Positions 22,191 to 32,913 are shown, numbered from the stretch's first letter. The stretch: 64,000 nt of DNA from an uncultured Candidatus Pelagibacter sp. (GCA_943788395.1 CALSQC010000001.1:647035-711034), one strand, 5' to 3'. Made by a program: numbers and translations. Notes: a model not told the origin generated them from the letters alone.

Positions 22191-23552
22191 TTAATTCGCA
22201 AATAATGTTTCTGGTAACCATAAAGCAATGCCAGGGAACATATACATTAAAAACATCGCAAATATTACAATTCCTAAGAAAGGCATAATTCCAGCAAATA
22301 TTTCCATCAACTCAACATTTTTAGTTTGAACACCTTTAAGATAATAAGCTGACATGGCCATTGGTGGTGTTAAAAAAGATGTCTGTAAATTTAAAGCAAT
22401 CAGCATTGCAAAAAAATAAGGGTTAACACCAAACACTTCTAGCAATGGTAAAAATATTGGTACAAATATAATCAAAATTTCTGTCCATTCCAATGGCCAA
22501 CCTAAAAGAAAAATTATTACTTGTGTAATTATTAAAAATTGCCAAGTAGTTATTTCTATTGATTTAAAAAAATGCTCAAAAACTTCATGGCCTCCTAAAT
22601 AAGAAAATACCGATGAAAAAGTCCATGATCCTATAAACAACCACATGATCATTGCTGTAGTCTTTGCTGTTAAAAACACAGATTCTTTAAAGCTTTGCCA
22701 TTTAAGAGTTTTATAAAACCAAGAAAGAAGTATTGCACCAAATGCTCCTGCTGCTGCAGCTTCTGCTGGAGTTGCTATTCCTGCTAAAATTGTTCCAAGT
22801 ACGAGCATTATTAAACCGAAAAGTGGTACAAAAGAAACTAACACTTCTTTTAGAATTTCTGCTCTTGGCGGAATGTCTTCTGCTGCTGGTTTTGGGGCTA
22901 TAGAGGGATTTATCCAAGCTCTAGTTACAGCATATGCTATGTACAAACCTGCTAACAATAATCCTGGAAAAATTGCTGCTGCAAATAGTCTTAATGGTGA
23001 TAATTGTGCAATTACAGAATAAACAATTAACATTATACTTGGAGGGATTAAAATTCCCAAACATCCACCAGCACAAATAACTCCAGACGCAAATTTTTTA
23101 TCATATCCTGCTTTCACCATTGCCGGCCAAGCAAGCAAGCCCATTAATGTTACAACAGCTCCAATAATTCCTGTTGCTGTAGAAAATAAAGTACAAGTTA
23201 TTAATGCTGCTACTGCCATTGAAGCAGGCAGTCTGTGTGCTGCTAATCTAATTGCAAAAAATAATTTCGCTACTATTCCTGCCCGCTCAACTAAATAACC
23301 CATAAATAAAAACAAGGGAACTGCGGTTAATACGTTATTATCCATAACTGAATAGGTGTTTTGTACAAATAATTGAAATATTCTATTATCAAATATATGA
23401 TCCATTAATGCTGGATCATAAAAAGCATAATATCCAAAACCTATTCCCATTGCCATTAAAGTGAATGCAATTGGAAATCCTAATAATACGGCAAATAAAA
23501 ATATTCCCATCATTAAGATAGCCACTTCTGGATTTGTTAAACTAAATAACAT
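22191..23552 (-). CDS. dctM: TRAP transporter large permease
   Basis: 453-aa polytopic DctM-like protein. Overlaps the dctQ end by 11 nt. Confidence 0.85.
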   Translation of the reverse strand: MLFSLTNPEVAILMMGIFLFAVLLGFPIAFTLMAMGIGFGYYAFYDPALMDHIFDNRIFQLFVQNTYSVMDNNVLTAVPLFLFMGYLVERAGIVAKLFFAIRLAAHRLPASMAVAALITCTLFSTATGIIGAVVTLMGLLAWPAMVKAGYDKKFASGVICAGGCLGILIPPSIMLIVYSVIAQLSPLRLFAAAIFPGLLLAGLYIAYAVTRAWINPSIAPKPAAEDIPPRAEILKEVLVSFVPLFGLIMLVLGTILAGIATPAEAAAAGAFGAILLSWFYKTLKWQSFKESVFLTAKTTAMIMWLFIGSWTFSSVFSYLGGHEVFEHFFKSIEITTWQFLIITQVIIFLLGWPLEWTEILIIFVPIFLPLLEVFGVNPYFFAMLIALNLQTSFLTPPMAMSAYYLKGVQTKNVELMEIFAGIMPFLGIVIFAMFLMYMFPGIALWLPETLFAN

Positions 23553-24130
23553 CTTTTTGATCCTCGTCTTGCGCTGTTCTCATTAAAATTTTTTCTGTTT
23601 CCTCTGCAACAACCATTCTTGCAGGCCAATGTCCTGTTTGAATACAAATTATTGATCTAAAAACTTCACTAATCCCTTGTATAATCAATAAAATACCCGC
23701 TGCAGGTATCATGGATTTTACCATATAAATTTGTATTTGAGCTGGGCTACTCCAGCTAGTTTCTTTTATTTTCCAAGCTAAAGCCGCATATTCAAATCCA
23801 TAAAATGCCAAAGCAACCACGCCTGGAAAAAAGAAAATAAAATAAAGTATCTAAATCTACCCATGCTTGCTTTCTAGGGCTAAATAATCTGTAAATTACA
23901 TCTCCTCTAACATGAGATTCTGTTGCTAAACAGTATGCTCCTGACATCATAAGTATCGCGCCATACATCTGCATGCTGAAATCAAAATTCCAAAGCGTTG
24001 GTTTATTGAAACCATAAGCCATTGTTACTTCGTAAACTGTTCCTCCCATTAAAATTACAATACACCAAGAAAAAGCTTTACCCATTGAGGTGCTTAGCGT
24101 GTCAGCAAATTTAATGAAAGATCTCATCAT
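23542..24130 (-). pseudogene. dctQ: TRAP transporter small permease interrupted by one frameshift
   Basis: The ORFs 23792..24130 and 23542..23820 rejoin as ...QAWVDL-ILYFIFFFPGVVALAFYGF... if one base near 23851 is removed. Confidence 0.7.
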
Positions 24131-24154
24131 TGTTAAATTATATTAAAATTAACT

Positions 24155-24183
24155 AAAAAAAAAGGGGGTTTTTACACCCCCTC
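24155..24183 (-). terminator. intrinsic terminator/attenuator between dctP and dctQ
   Basis: On the minus strand, a GGGGGT/ACCCCC stem (24164..24169 paired with 24176..24181) is followed by a run of 9 U. It starts 23 nt after the dctP stop. Confidence 0.7.
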
Positions 24184-24205
24184 TTTTAAAATTATCAAAA
24201 GTTAA

Positions 24206-25363
24206 TTAGATTTTAACTTTTCCAATTGGACCAAACTCGTTTTCATAAGCCAATTTGTAGTTCGGTTGATTCATCAACAGATACTTCATTGTTCTCTTAG
24301 CGTATGCTTTTTGTGAGTCTATTACTTTCTTAAAGAAAGCATCTTTGCCAGAAAACTCAGCAACGATTTTATCCCACCCTTTTAGCTGTTCAGCTAAAAT
24401 AGCGTCAGATGTTTGGTAAACATTAACCTTATGCTCATTCATCAATTTAGCTAAGTCAGTTGAATATCTAACTAGTGCCTTGAAGTAGTTATCTGAGTTC
24501 GCAGCATATGCAGCGTTCTTCAAGATAGCTTGGTGAGCAGGTGAAAGGCTTTTCAGTTTCTTAGTATTCATAGGAATTTCAAACATCTCTTGAGATTGGT
24601 GGAAACTTCCTAGGTGATAATGCTTAGAAACATCTTGCATTCCAAACTGTGAGTCTGATGTAGGGTTGTTAAACTCTGCAGCATCAATCAAACCAGTTTT
24701 CATTGCTGGTTGGATTTCACCACCTGGTAATTGTCTTACGACCATTCCCATAGCAGTTAAAACGTTAGTCGCTAGACCAACTGTTCTATACTTCATACCT
24801 TTAACATCAGATACTTTTGTTACATTCTTTTTAAACCAACCGAAAGGCTGTGCTGGCATAGGCATATGGAAGAAACCAGTGTAATCAAATCCTACACTTT
24901 TTACTGCTTCTTCATATAATGCTCTACCTCCACCATACTCCATCCATCCCATAACTTCTTGAGATGACATTCCGTATGAAGGACCAGTTCCAAAAAGTGA
25001 AGCTGCAGCATTTTTACCGTACCAGTATGCAGTCACCCAGTGACCCATATCTACTACGCCAGAACTTACTGCTTGTCCAATTTCAGAAGTTTTTACGATT
25101 GCGTTTACTGGCTGAAGATCAATTTTAAGTGATCCACCAGACATGTCGCTAACCATTTTTGCATAATCTCCTGCCATTTCAAAAAAGATGTTAGCGCCTG
25201 AAGGCCAAGCTGCTTGCATCTTTAGTGTTACAGGAGCTGCATTCGCTATACTAGGCATTGCTACAGCTGTTGCTGCTGCTGCACCTGTTGCGGCTGCTGC
25301 TTTAAAGAACTTACGTCTTGAAGGTGCTTTAGTTGCCTTCAAAGATTTTTTATCTTTAATCAT
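24206..25363 (-). CDS. dctP: TRAP transporter periplasmic solute-binding protein with a Tat-type signal
   Basis: 385 aa. Signal SRRKFFKAAAATGAAAATAVAMPSIANA. Codon usage is visibly different from its neighbours (TTC/TAC/AAC, GCA/GGT/GTA). Confidence 0.88.
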   Translation of the reverse strand: MIKDKKSLKATKAPSRRKFFKAAAATGAAAATAVAMPSIANAAPVTLKMQAAWPSGANIFFEMAGDYAKMVSDMSGGSLKIDLQPVNAIVKTSEIGQAVSSGVVDMGHWVTAYWYGKNAAASLFGTGPSYGMSSQEVMGWMEYGGGRALYEEAVKSVGFDYTGFFHMPMPAQPFGWFKKNVTKVSDVKGMKYRTVGLATNVLTAMGMVVRQLPGGEIQPAMKTGLIDAAEFNNPTSDSQFGMQDVSKHYHLGSFHQSQEMFEIPMNTKKLKSLSPAHQAILKNAAYAANSDNYFKALVRYSTDLAKLMNEHKVNVYQTSDAILAEQLKGWDKIVAEFSGKDAFFKKVIDSQKAYAKRTMKYLLMNQPNYKLAYENEFGPIGKVKI

Positions 25364-25491
25364 TATTTCTCCTTATTAGTTAATTAACTACGAATATTTA
25401 ATCATATAAATTGTCTGAAGTCTTATGGCAAATTTGACCTAATTAATAAAATTAACTTATTTACAACTATGGGTAGAACGTTTGATGTATT

Positions 25492-26489
25492 TTAATTAAC
25501 TTTATTTTTACAGTTTCCAGTTTTAAAAAACTCTTCAATATTATCTATAGCTAAATTCGCCATTGCTATTCTTGTGTGTTTGGTTGCGCTTCCTAGATGA
25601 GGTAAAATAAAAACACTTTTTATTTTTAAATATCCAGGATTTAAATTAGGTTCACCTTTATAAACATCTAAACCTGCTGCATAAATTTTTCTTCTATTCA
25701 ATGCATCAATTAATGCCTCATCATCTACAATATCTCCACGAGCTACATTTGTAATTACAGCACCAGTTGGAAAATACTCCAATGTTTCTTTATTAATTAA
25801 ATTTTCTGTTTCTTTGTTGCGGACAACAAATTGACAATACATCGAACAAAAAGACTTTTTAGATTGTCAACAAATTGACAATACATCAGATACAGAAAAG
25901 AGACTTTTTAGATTGTCATGATAAATAGCACCCTGCTCTTTTTCATCACTCAACTTGGATCTGTTATGATAGTGTATAATCATTCCTAATGATCTGGCAA
26001 TTTTAGCAATTTTTTGTCCAATTCTTCCCATTCCTAAAATTCCAAGTCTTGTTCCAGTTAATTGTTTTCCAATTAAATAATCAGCTGACCATTTCCAGTT
26101 ACTTTCTTTTGCACTTTGAATTCCTTCTGAAACTCTTCTGCAGGCACCCAATATTAATAAAATTCCAATCTCCGCAGTAGCATCTGATAAAACTTCAGGA
26201 GTATTGGTGACTGCTATCCCTCTTTTTTTTGCTGCCTCTAAGATCTATATTTCCAAAACCCACAGCAAAATTTGAAATAATTTTAATGCTACTTGGTAAT
26301 TTGTTAATAGTTTCTTCATCCATCTTATCTGTAAGAGAAGTTAAGATTGCATCATTTCCATTGCTCAATTCAATAAGTTTAGATTGAGAATACAATTCAT
26401 CATTATTATTAAATTTTGCCTCAAATAATTTTGAAGCTTTATCCTCTGACTTCTTTTAATAATCTTCTAGTAATAATTATTTTTTTCAT
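25492..26489 (-). pseudogene. D-isomer-specific 2-hydroxyacid dehydrogenase (glyoxylate/hydroxypyruvate reductase-like), multiply disrupted
   Basis: Fragments carry GILGMGRIGQKIA, NVARGDIVDDEAL and PHLGSAT. Frame breaks lie near 26453, 26240 and 25840, and a tandem duplication lies at 25824..25916. The start ATG at 26489..26487 lies 2 nt upstream of the glcF stop codon (26494..26492), so the two genes overlap by 3 nt. Confidence 0.85.
25824..25916. repeat. diverged tandem duplication (44 + 49 nt) inside the dehydrogenase pseudogene
   Basis: Copy 25824..25867 is caacaaattgacaatacatcgaacaaaaagactttttagattgt. Copy 25868..25916 is caacaaattgacaatacatcagatacagaaaagagactttttagattgt. Confidence 0.9.
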
Positions 26490-26491
26490 AA

Positions 26492-27784
26492 TCAATTCTT
26501 TTGTAATATTTTTGGTTTTGGTCCACCAGTATACCAATCTAAAATCTCAATGGTATGTAAAATTGGAGTTTTAGTTCCATTGAGCAATTTGAGTGATGCA
26601 ACCAATATTTCCAGTTGAAATAAAGTCTGGTTCTAAACTTTCAATATTTTTTACTTTTTTTCTCAATAATTCTTTTGCTATTTTTGATTGTAAAATATTA
26701 TATGTGCCTGCTGACCCACAACATATATGTCCCTCTGGAATTTCCATACTTCATTTCTCGTTCTTGTAAGTAATTCGATAGGTTGATTATGCACTTTTTG
26801 TCCATGCTGCATTGAGCAGGCTGAATGATATGCAATTTTATATTTTTTATCTTTTGATTTAAAATTTAATTTAAGATTTTCATTTAAATATTCTGTTACA
26901 TCTTTTGTTAGTTGAGAAATTACTTTGGCTTTTTTCTTCATTTTTTATCATCTTTAAAAATGAAACCGTAATCTTTCATTGTAGTTCCACAACCTGATGT
27001 ATTGGATAAAATTGCATCTAAATTTCCTTTTAAATGTTCATCGTACCATGTATTTATATTATTTCTAAAATCTTGATGTGCATCATCTTCTTTTCCAAGA
27101 TGATGATTTAAAGAACCACAACATCTAATTTTTTTTGGCACACTACTTCTACCCCATGTCGATTTAAAAGTCTTATAGTTGCTTCATTAATTTGTGGTGA
27201 AATTTCTTTTTGTACACATCCAGTTAAAAGTGCAACTCTAGAAATATTTTTTTTCCATTTACTTTATAAATTTCTTTTTGTTTAATCGTTTTTTTTGGAA
27301 AACTTGTCGGCATTAAACTCATCATATCTTTTATTTTTGAAGGAAATAAAAACTGCACTGGTTTTGATAATTTAACTAACAAGCTTGCTAATCTAAAATA
27401 TCCGGTATTAGGAAGGACAATAGATAAAAATTTTCTAATTAGCTCTATCAAAAAAAGGTCTTTCATAATTTTTTTCAATATATTTTTTTCCATGGTCAAT
27501 AATGTGCATATAATTAACTCCAGCTGGACATGTTGTCATACAGCTATAACAAGAAAGACATCTATCAATATGTTTTACTACTTTTGAAGTTGGTTTTTTT
27601 TCATTCTCCAACATATCTTTAATCAAATATATTCTTCCCCTTGGTCCATCTAATTCATCTCCTAATATTTGATGAGTAGGACAAGTAGCATTACACATTC
27701 CACAATGAACACATTTTTTAAAAATTTTATCTGAAGAAGCATTGTCAGCATCTTTAATTGATTTTTTGAAAAATTTGATTGCAT
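26492..27784 (-). pseudogene. glcF: glycolate oxidase iron-sulfur subunit, about 7 frameshifts
   Basis: Motifs CVHCGMCNATCP, CLSCYSCMTTCP and two CCGS(L/A) are spread over at least 6 frame-shifted pieces. Breaks lie near 27752, 27437, 27245, 27140, 26941, 26747 and 26580. The ATG at 27784 overlaps the glcE TAA. Confidence 0.85.
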
Positions 27785-28992
27785 TAAACTCCTCTATACA
27801 TCTTTCCTGGATTAAATATTCTTTTTGGATCAAAGCTTTTTTTATTTTTTCTGATATTAATAATCTTGTTTCATTTACTGTAAATATAGTTTCTTCAAAA
27901 TCAAATTCCTCAGATTTTTTAATAATTGTTAAATATCCACCAATTTCTTGGTAATTTTTTTAATTTCTTTTATTTTTCATTTTTTGTAGATGGAACTTCT
28001 ACCCAAAATAAAGAACCACACCAATCAATATAATACTTAAATTTATTTTCAATATTTTGAATTAATTTAATACTTGATGATGGAGGTACTACAATTCTTA
28101 ATAAATTATTATTTGTTTGATTAAAAAGTTCAAGACTATTTATCTTTTTTCCAAAATGGAATTGATTGATGCACATCTAGTATTGTGGTCTTAATTTATC
28201 TAATTCTAATTCTTGATTTAATTCTTTAATTTTTTCATTGATAGATACTTTGTCTCCTTCAACCCTGATGCCTAAAAATGACTTATTAGATATTAGATCA
28301 TTAAATTTGAAAACTCTTTCTTTATTATATTGATATCTTCATCTTTTGGTTCCTCTGGAATAAATACTGCACCAGAAACATCGCTACTAGAGCTTGATAT
28401 TTTTTCAAATAATTCATTAACTAATTTTTTTTCCTCTGTATAAACAACAATTGTTGAGCATGATTTTTGTTTAGGTAAAACTTTTAAAGTAACTTCTGTT
28501 AGCGCTACCAGTGTTCCAAAAGCACCAGCAATCAATTTAGATAAATCATATCCAGTAACATTTTTTACAACTGTTCCACCAGATTTAATAATATCACCTT
28601 TTCCATTTACACCTCTAAAACCTAAAATATGGTCTCTTACACTTCCAACTTTAAATCTTCTAGATCCAGCAAAATTACAAGACAAGTAACCAGCAACTGT
28701 ACCCTTATTTGATTTTCCATCTTTTATAAAGCCAAAGTCAACAATTTCAAATGCGAGTTCTTGATTGTTTTTTTCTAATTCTTTTTCAACTATTTCTAAA
28801 GGTGTGTTGCCTTTAACTTTTATATAAAGTTCCTCTGGAAGGTATTCCACTATACCTGAAATTTTTGATAAAGATAATCGTTCTGCACACTGAGTTTTAT
28901 TTCCAATAAAATTTTTAGTGTTTGTTCCAACCAGTTCTATTGGAGAATTTTTATCATATAGTTCTTTTACTATATTAGAGACTTGTCTTCAT
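27784..28992 (-). pseudogene. glcE: glycolate oxidase FAD-binding subunit GlcE, 4 frameshifts plus an in-frame TAG
   Basis: Pieces carry GIVEYLPEELYIKVKGNTPL, GGTVVKNVTGYDLSKL, YYIDWCGSLFWVEV and the C-terminus SFDPKRIFNPGKMYRGV*. Breaks lie near 28982, 28300, 27975 and 27945. The TAG is at 28179..28177. Confidence 0.85.
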
Positions 28993-29012
28993 CTTCTGGA
29001 TAATAAGTTTTA

Positions 29013-30510
29013 TCAGAATCTTGGAAGATCTGGGAATTTTTCTTCACCTCTGTGAACATGAACCCTTCCTTCCTCTGCACATTTCTCTTAAAATTGGATA
29101 AACTTTTCCTGGATTTAACAAATTTTTTTCATCTAAAGATTTTTTAATATCTAATTGTTGTTGAATATCTTTATCATTAAACATTTCACACATTAATTCT
29201 CTTTTTTCAACTCCAACACCGTGCTCACCAGTTATTACTCCTCCTAATCTTACACAGGTCTTTAAAATTTCAGCTCCAAATTCCTCAGTTCTTTTAAGTT
29301 CTTCTTTATTGCTTCCATCAAACATTATTAGTGGGTGCAAATTTCCATCACCTGCGTGAAAACAGTTTGCAACAGGTAAATTATATTTTTTAGATAAATT
29401 TTTTATTTCTAACAAAGCTTCAGCTAATTTTCCTCTTGGTATCGATCCATCCATACAATAATAATCTGGCGCCATAGCTCCACATGCGGGGAACGCTGCT
29501 TTTCTTCCTGCCCAAAATGATAATCTTTCTTTTTCATTTTTGCTAAGCTTTAAACTTGAGCAATTATTTTTCTTACAAATATTACTGACCTGATTTAAAA
29601 GCTCATCAACTTCAGAGACTGTTCCATCTAATTCTACTATTAATAAAAGCTCAGCATCTCTTGGATATCCTGCTTTACTAAAGTTATCTGTAGCCTCTAT
29701 TAATGCTTTATCCATTATTTCCATACCCGCAGGAACAATTCCACTTGAAATAATTTCTGATGCTGCATTTCCACCTTCTTCTATAGTAGGAAAACCGATC
29801 AATGCTGCTTTAACAACTTGAGGATTTTTAAGGATTTTTACTGTTGCTTCTGTAATCACACCCAATAACCCTTCAGATCCACAAATCAAACCCATAAGAT
29901 CATATCCTTCTTGATCAAGAGTTTTTCCACCAACTCTACAAATTGTTCCATCCATCATAACAATTTCAACTCCAAGAATATTATTAGTGGTAGTTCCATA
30001 TTTTAAAGAATGAACGCCTCCAGAATTTTCAGCAACATTTCCTCCAATCGAACATGCAAGTTGGCTTGATGGATCTGGTGCATAATAAAACCCTTTATGT
30101 TTTACCGCATCAGTAATTCCAAGATTTGTTACACCAGGTTGGGTTACAACACATTTGTTTTCAAAATCAATTTCTAAAATTTTATTAAATTTTCCAAGAC
30201 TTAATAATACAGCATCATTTAAAGGTAGTGCTCCACCTGAAAGACCTGTGCCTGCTCCTCTTGGAACAACTTTTACATTTTCTTTATGACAAAATTTTAA
30301 AATATTACTTACTTCAGCTGTATTTTCTGGCATCACAACAGCTAATGGTGTTTGAGTATAAGCAGCTAAAGCGTCAGTTTCATATGGCTTAATCTCATCT
30401 TTATGAGTTAAAACATTCTCTGGATTTATAATTTTCGAAAGATTTTTAAAAATATATTCTTTTTTACTAATCGTTGCTTCATCAATTTTTGGTAAGACCA
30501 ATTCACTCAT
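29013..30510 (-). pseudogene. glcD: glycolate oxidase subunit GlcD with a frameshift about 24 codons before the native stop
   Basis: 488-aa ORF with PRGAGTGLSGGA. Its tail ...YPILREMCRGRKGSCSQR* is out of frame. Removing 1 nt near 29085 restores ...LRKCAEEGRVHVHRGEEKFPDLPRF* ending at 29013. It may still be functional. Confidence 0.65.
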
Positions 30511-30515
30511 AGGTC

Positions 30516-31680
30516 TTAGCCTAGCATTTTTTTTATATTTTCCAATGCGTTAGATATGTTATCTTGAGAGGCTGCAAAGCTAAATCTCACGTAATCATTG
30601 CATGTTTTGCCAAAAGCAGTTCCAGGCACAATAGCAACTCCAGCTTCATGCATGGCTTTTTTACAAAATTCTGCACCATTCATCCCTGTTCCTATTACCT
30701 TTGGAAATGCATAAAAAGCACCACCTGGAAGACTACACTCAACTCCTGGAAGGTCATTTAACCCTTTATGAATTAAATTTCTTCTTTGTGTAAATTTCAC
30801 CATCATTTCATCAATCGAGTCATCTGGGCCATCTAATGCTGCTATTCCTGCAAACTGTGCCGCTGCATTTACACATGATACACTATTAATTAAAAGTTTA
30901 TTTACATGAGGAACTAATTCTTTAGGCCAAAAACTCCAACCTAATCTCCATCCTGTCATTGAATAAGCTTTGCTCCAACCTTCTAATACAATTAATCTTT
31001 CTCTAAGTTCTGGATAGTTAAAGAATGTTGGCATTTCTTTTCCATCAAATATTTGTCTGCTGTAAATTTCATCACTTAATATTGTTACATGTGGGTGTTT
31101 TTTAAGTCCCTCTGCTAACACATCAATATCTGCTTTATCTACAAAGCTTCCCGTTGGATTGTTAGGGTTTATTAATATTAACAATCTAGTTTTATCAGTA
31201 ATTAATGATAAAATTTTTTCAGGATTAAACTTTAAGATCTTTATCTTCAGTTAAATCATAAGGAACTGATGTTGAGCCTGTATAATTAATCATAGACTCA
31301 TAAATTGGAAAAGCTGGTGTAGGGTGGATTATTTCTGCACCCGGCTCACCAAAACATTGAATCGCATAACTCATTGTTGGTTTTCCACCTGGCATGATTA
31401 AAATTCTTTCAAAATCTATATCGACACTATAACGTTTTTTAATCCATCTCGTTACAGCTTGTCTACATTCTGGAATACCATTGGACATTACATAACCATG
31501 GTGTCCATCATCTAATGCTTTTTTTGCAGCTTCAACAATGTGTTTAGGTGTTTTAAAATCAGGCTGCCCTAGACCTAAATGTATCATTGGGTTTCCTTTG
31601 GCTTCTAATGCTTTAGCTTCTGCTAAAACGCTAAATGCTGACTCTGTTCCTAGATTATTTAAATTTTTTGCTAATTTCAT
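30516..31680 (-). pseudogene. class I/II (aspartate-type) aminotransferase split by one frameshift
   Basis: The 151-aa and 222-aa ORFs rejoin as ...TEDKDLK-FNPEKILSLITDKTRLLILINPNNPTG... if 1 nt near 31230 is removed. PLP-Lys context SKAYSMTGWRLG. Confidence 0.8.
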
Positions 31681-31752
31681 ATTTAATTCTATTATTTTTA
31701 TTTTTTTAATTAATTTATTTTTTTTATATCTACTTTTTATAAGTTATTGAAG

Positions 31753-32904
31753 TTATTTTCTATAGATCAATTTTGTCTCATTGAGTTCTTTAATATTCTT
31801 ACATCCCATTAAGACCATATTTCTATTAATTTCATCATGCATATTTTGAAGCAACCGCTCTACACCTGGTTGACCAGCAGCACCTAATGCAAACAAAAAC
31901 ATTTTACCAAAACTACAAGCTGTTGCACCTGCGGCTAAAGCTTTTAAAACATGTGTTCCACGTCTAATTCCACCATCTAAAATAATTTCTAATTTATCAC
32001 CTACAGCATCTGAAATTGCTTTAACTTGATCAAATGGTGATCTTGATCCATCTAATTGCCTGCCTCCATGGTTTGAAATCATTATTGCAGTACATCCAAT
32101 ATCAATTGCTTTTTTTGCATCTTCAACTGACATCACACCTTTTAAAGCAAAAGGACCATTCCATTTTTTTACACAATACTCAGCATCTTTCCAATTCATT
32201 GCTGGATCATACTGTTCGTTAATGTATTCGATTACTGATTTTGAAATATTTGTTCCTTTATCAGTTTTATTTTTTACATTAGATAATTCAAATTTACTGT
32301 GTGTAAAATAATTAAATACCCATTCTGGATGCATTGCAAAACTCATTAAACTTTGTAATGTAAGTTTGGGTGGAGTTGTAAAACCTGTTCTGTGATCTTT
32401 TTCTCTATTACCTGCAACTAAAGTATCAACTGTTAAACACATTCCATCAAAACCAGAGATTTTGCATCTGTCTATTAGATCATCTGTAATAGATTGATCT
32501 TTATGAACATAAAGCTGAAATAGTTTCGGGCCATTAGATATCTCTGCTATTTCTTCGATCGTATTATTTGCCATTGTTGACATGCTATAAAATGTTCCAA
32601 ATTTTTCCGCTGCTCTTGCAGACGCCTTATCTCCATCATGATGATAAAGTCTTTGCATTGCTGCCGGTGATAAAAAAACTGGCATATCAATTTTTTTTCC
32701 AAAAACTGTAGTTGATAAATCTGGTTTACCAACACTAGCCAAAATATTAGGAACTAAATCACAATCATTAAATGAATCTGTATTTCTTCTTAAGGTTACC
32801 TCATCGTCAGCACCACCATCAATGTAATGAAAAATCGGAGAAGGTAATCTTTTTTTTGCTAATTTTCTAAAATCATCAAAATTATAACAATTTTTTAAAT
32901 TCAT
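31753..32904 (-). CDS. FMN-dependent alpha-hydroxyacid oxidase/dehydrogenase (LldD / glycolate oxidase family), intact
   Basis: 383 aa. The SNHGGRQLD motif and a TIM-barrel FMN family layout. Confidence 0.85.
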   Translation of the reverse strand: MNLKNCYNFDDFRKLAKKRLPSPIFHYIDGGADDEVTLRRNTDSFNDCDLVPNILASVGKPDLSTTVFGKKIDMPVFLSPAAMQRLYHHDGDKASARAAEKFGTFYSMSTMANNTIEEIAEISNGPKLFQLYVHKDQSITDDLIDRCKISGFDGMCLTVDTLVAGNREKDHRTGFTTPPKLTLQSLMSFAMHPEWVFNYFTHSKFELSNVKNKTDKGTNISKSVIEYINEQYDPAMNWKDAEYCVKKWNGPFALKGVMSVEDAKKAIDIGCTAIMISNHGGRQLDGSRSPFDQVKAISDAVGDKLEIILDGGIRRGTHVLKALAAGATACSFGKMFLFALGAAGQPGVERLLQNMHDEINRNMVLMGCKNIKELNETKLIYRK

Positions 32905-32913
32905 TAAAAAAAT

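Noticed and set aside
26492-28992. Programmed ribosomal frameshifting or recoding as an explanation for the split glc genes.
   Set aside because: There are up to 7 shifts per gene in both directions, no shared slippery heptamer or downstream structure, plus a nonsense codon and a duplication. The pattern fits decay or error, not recoding.
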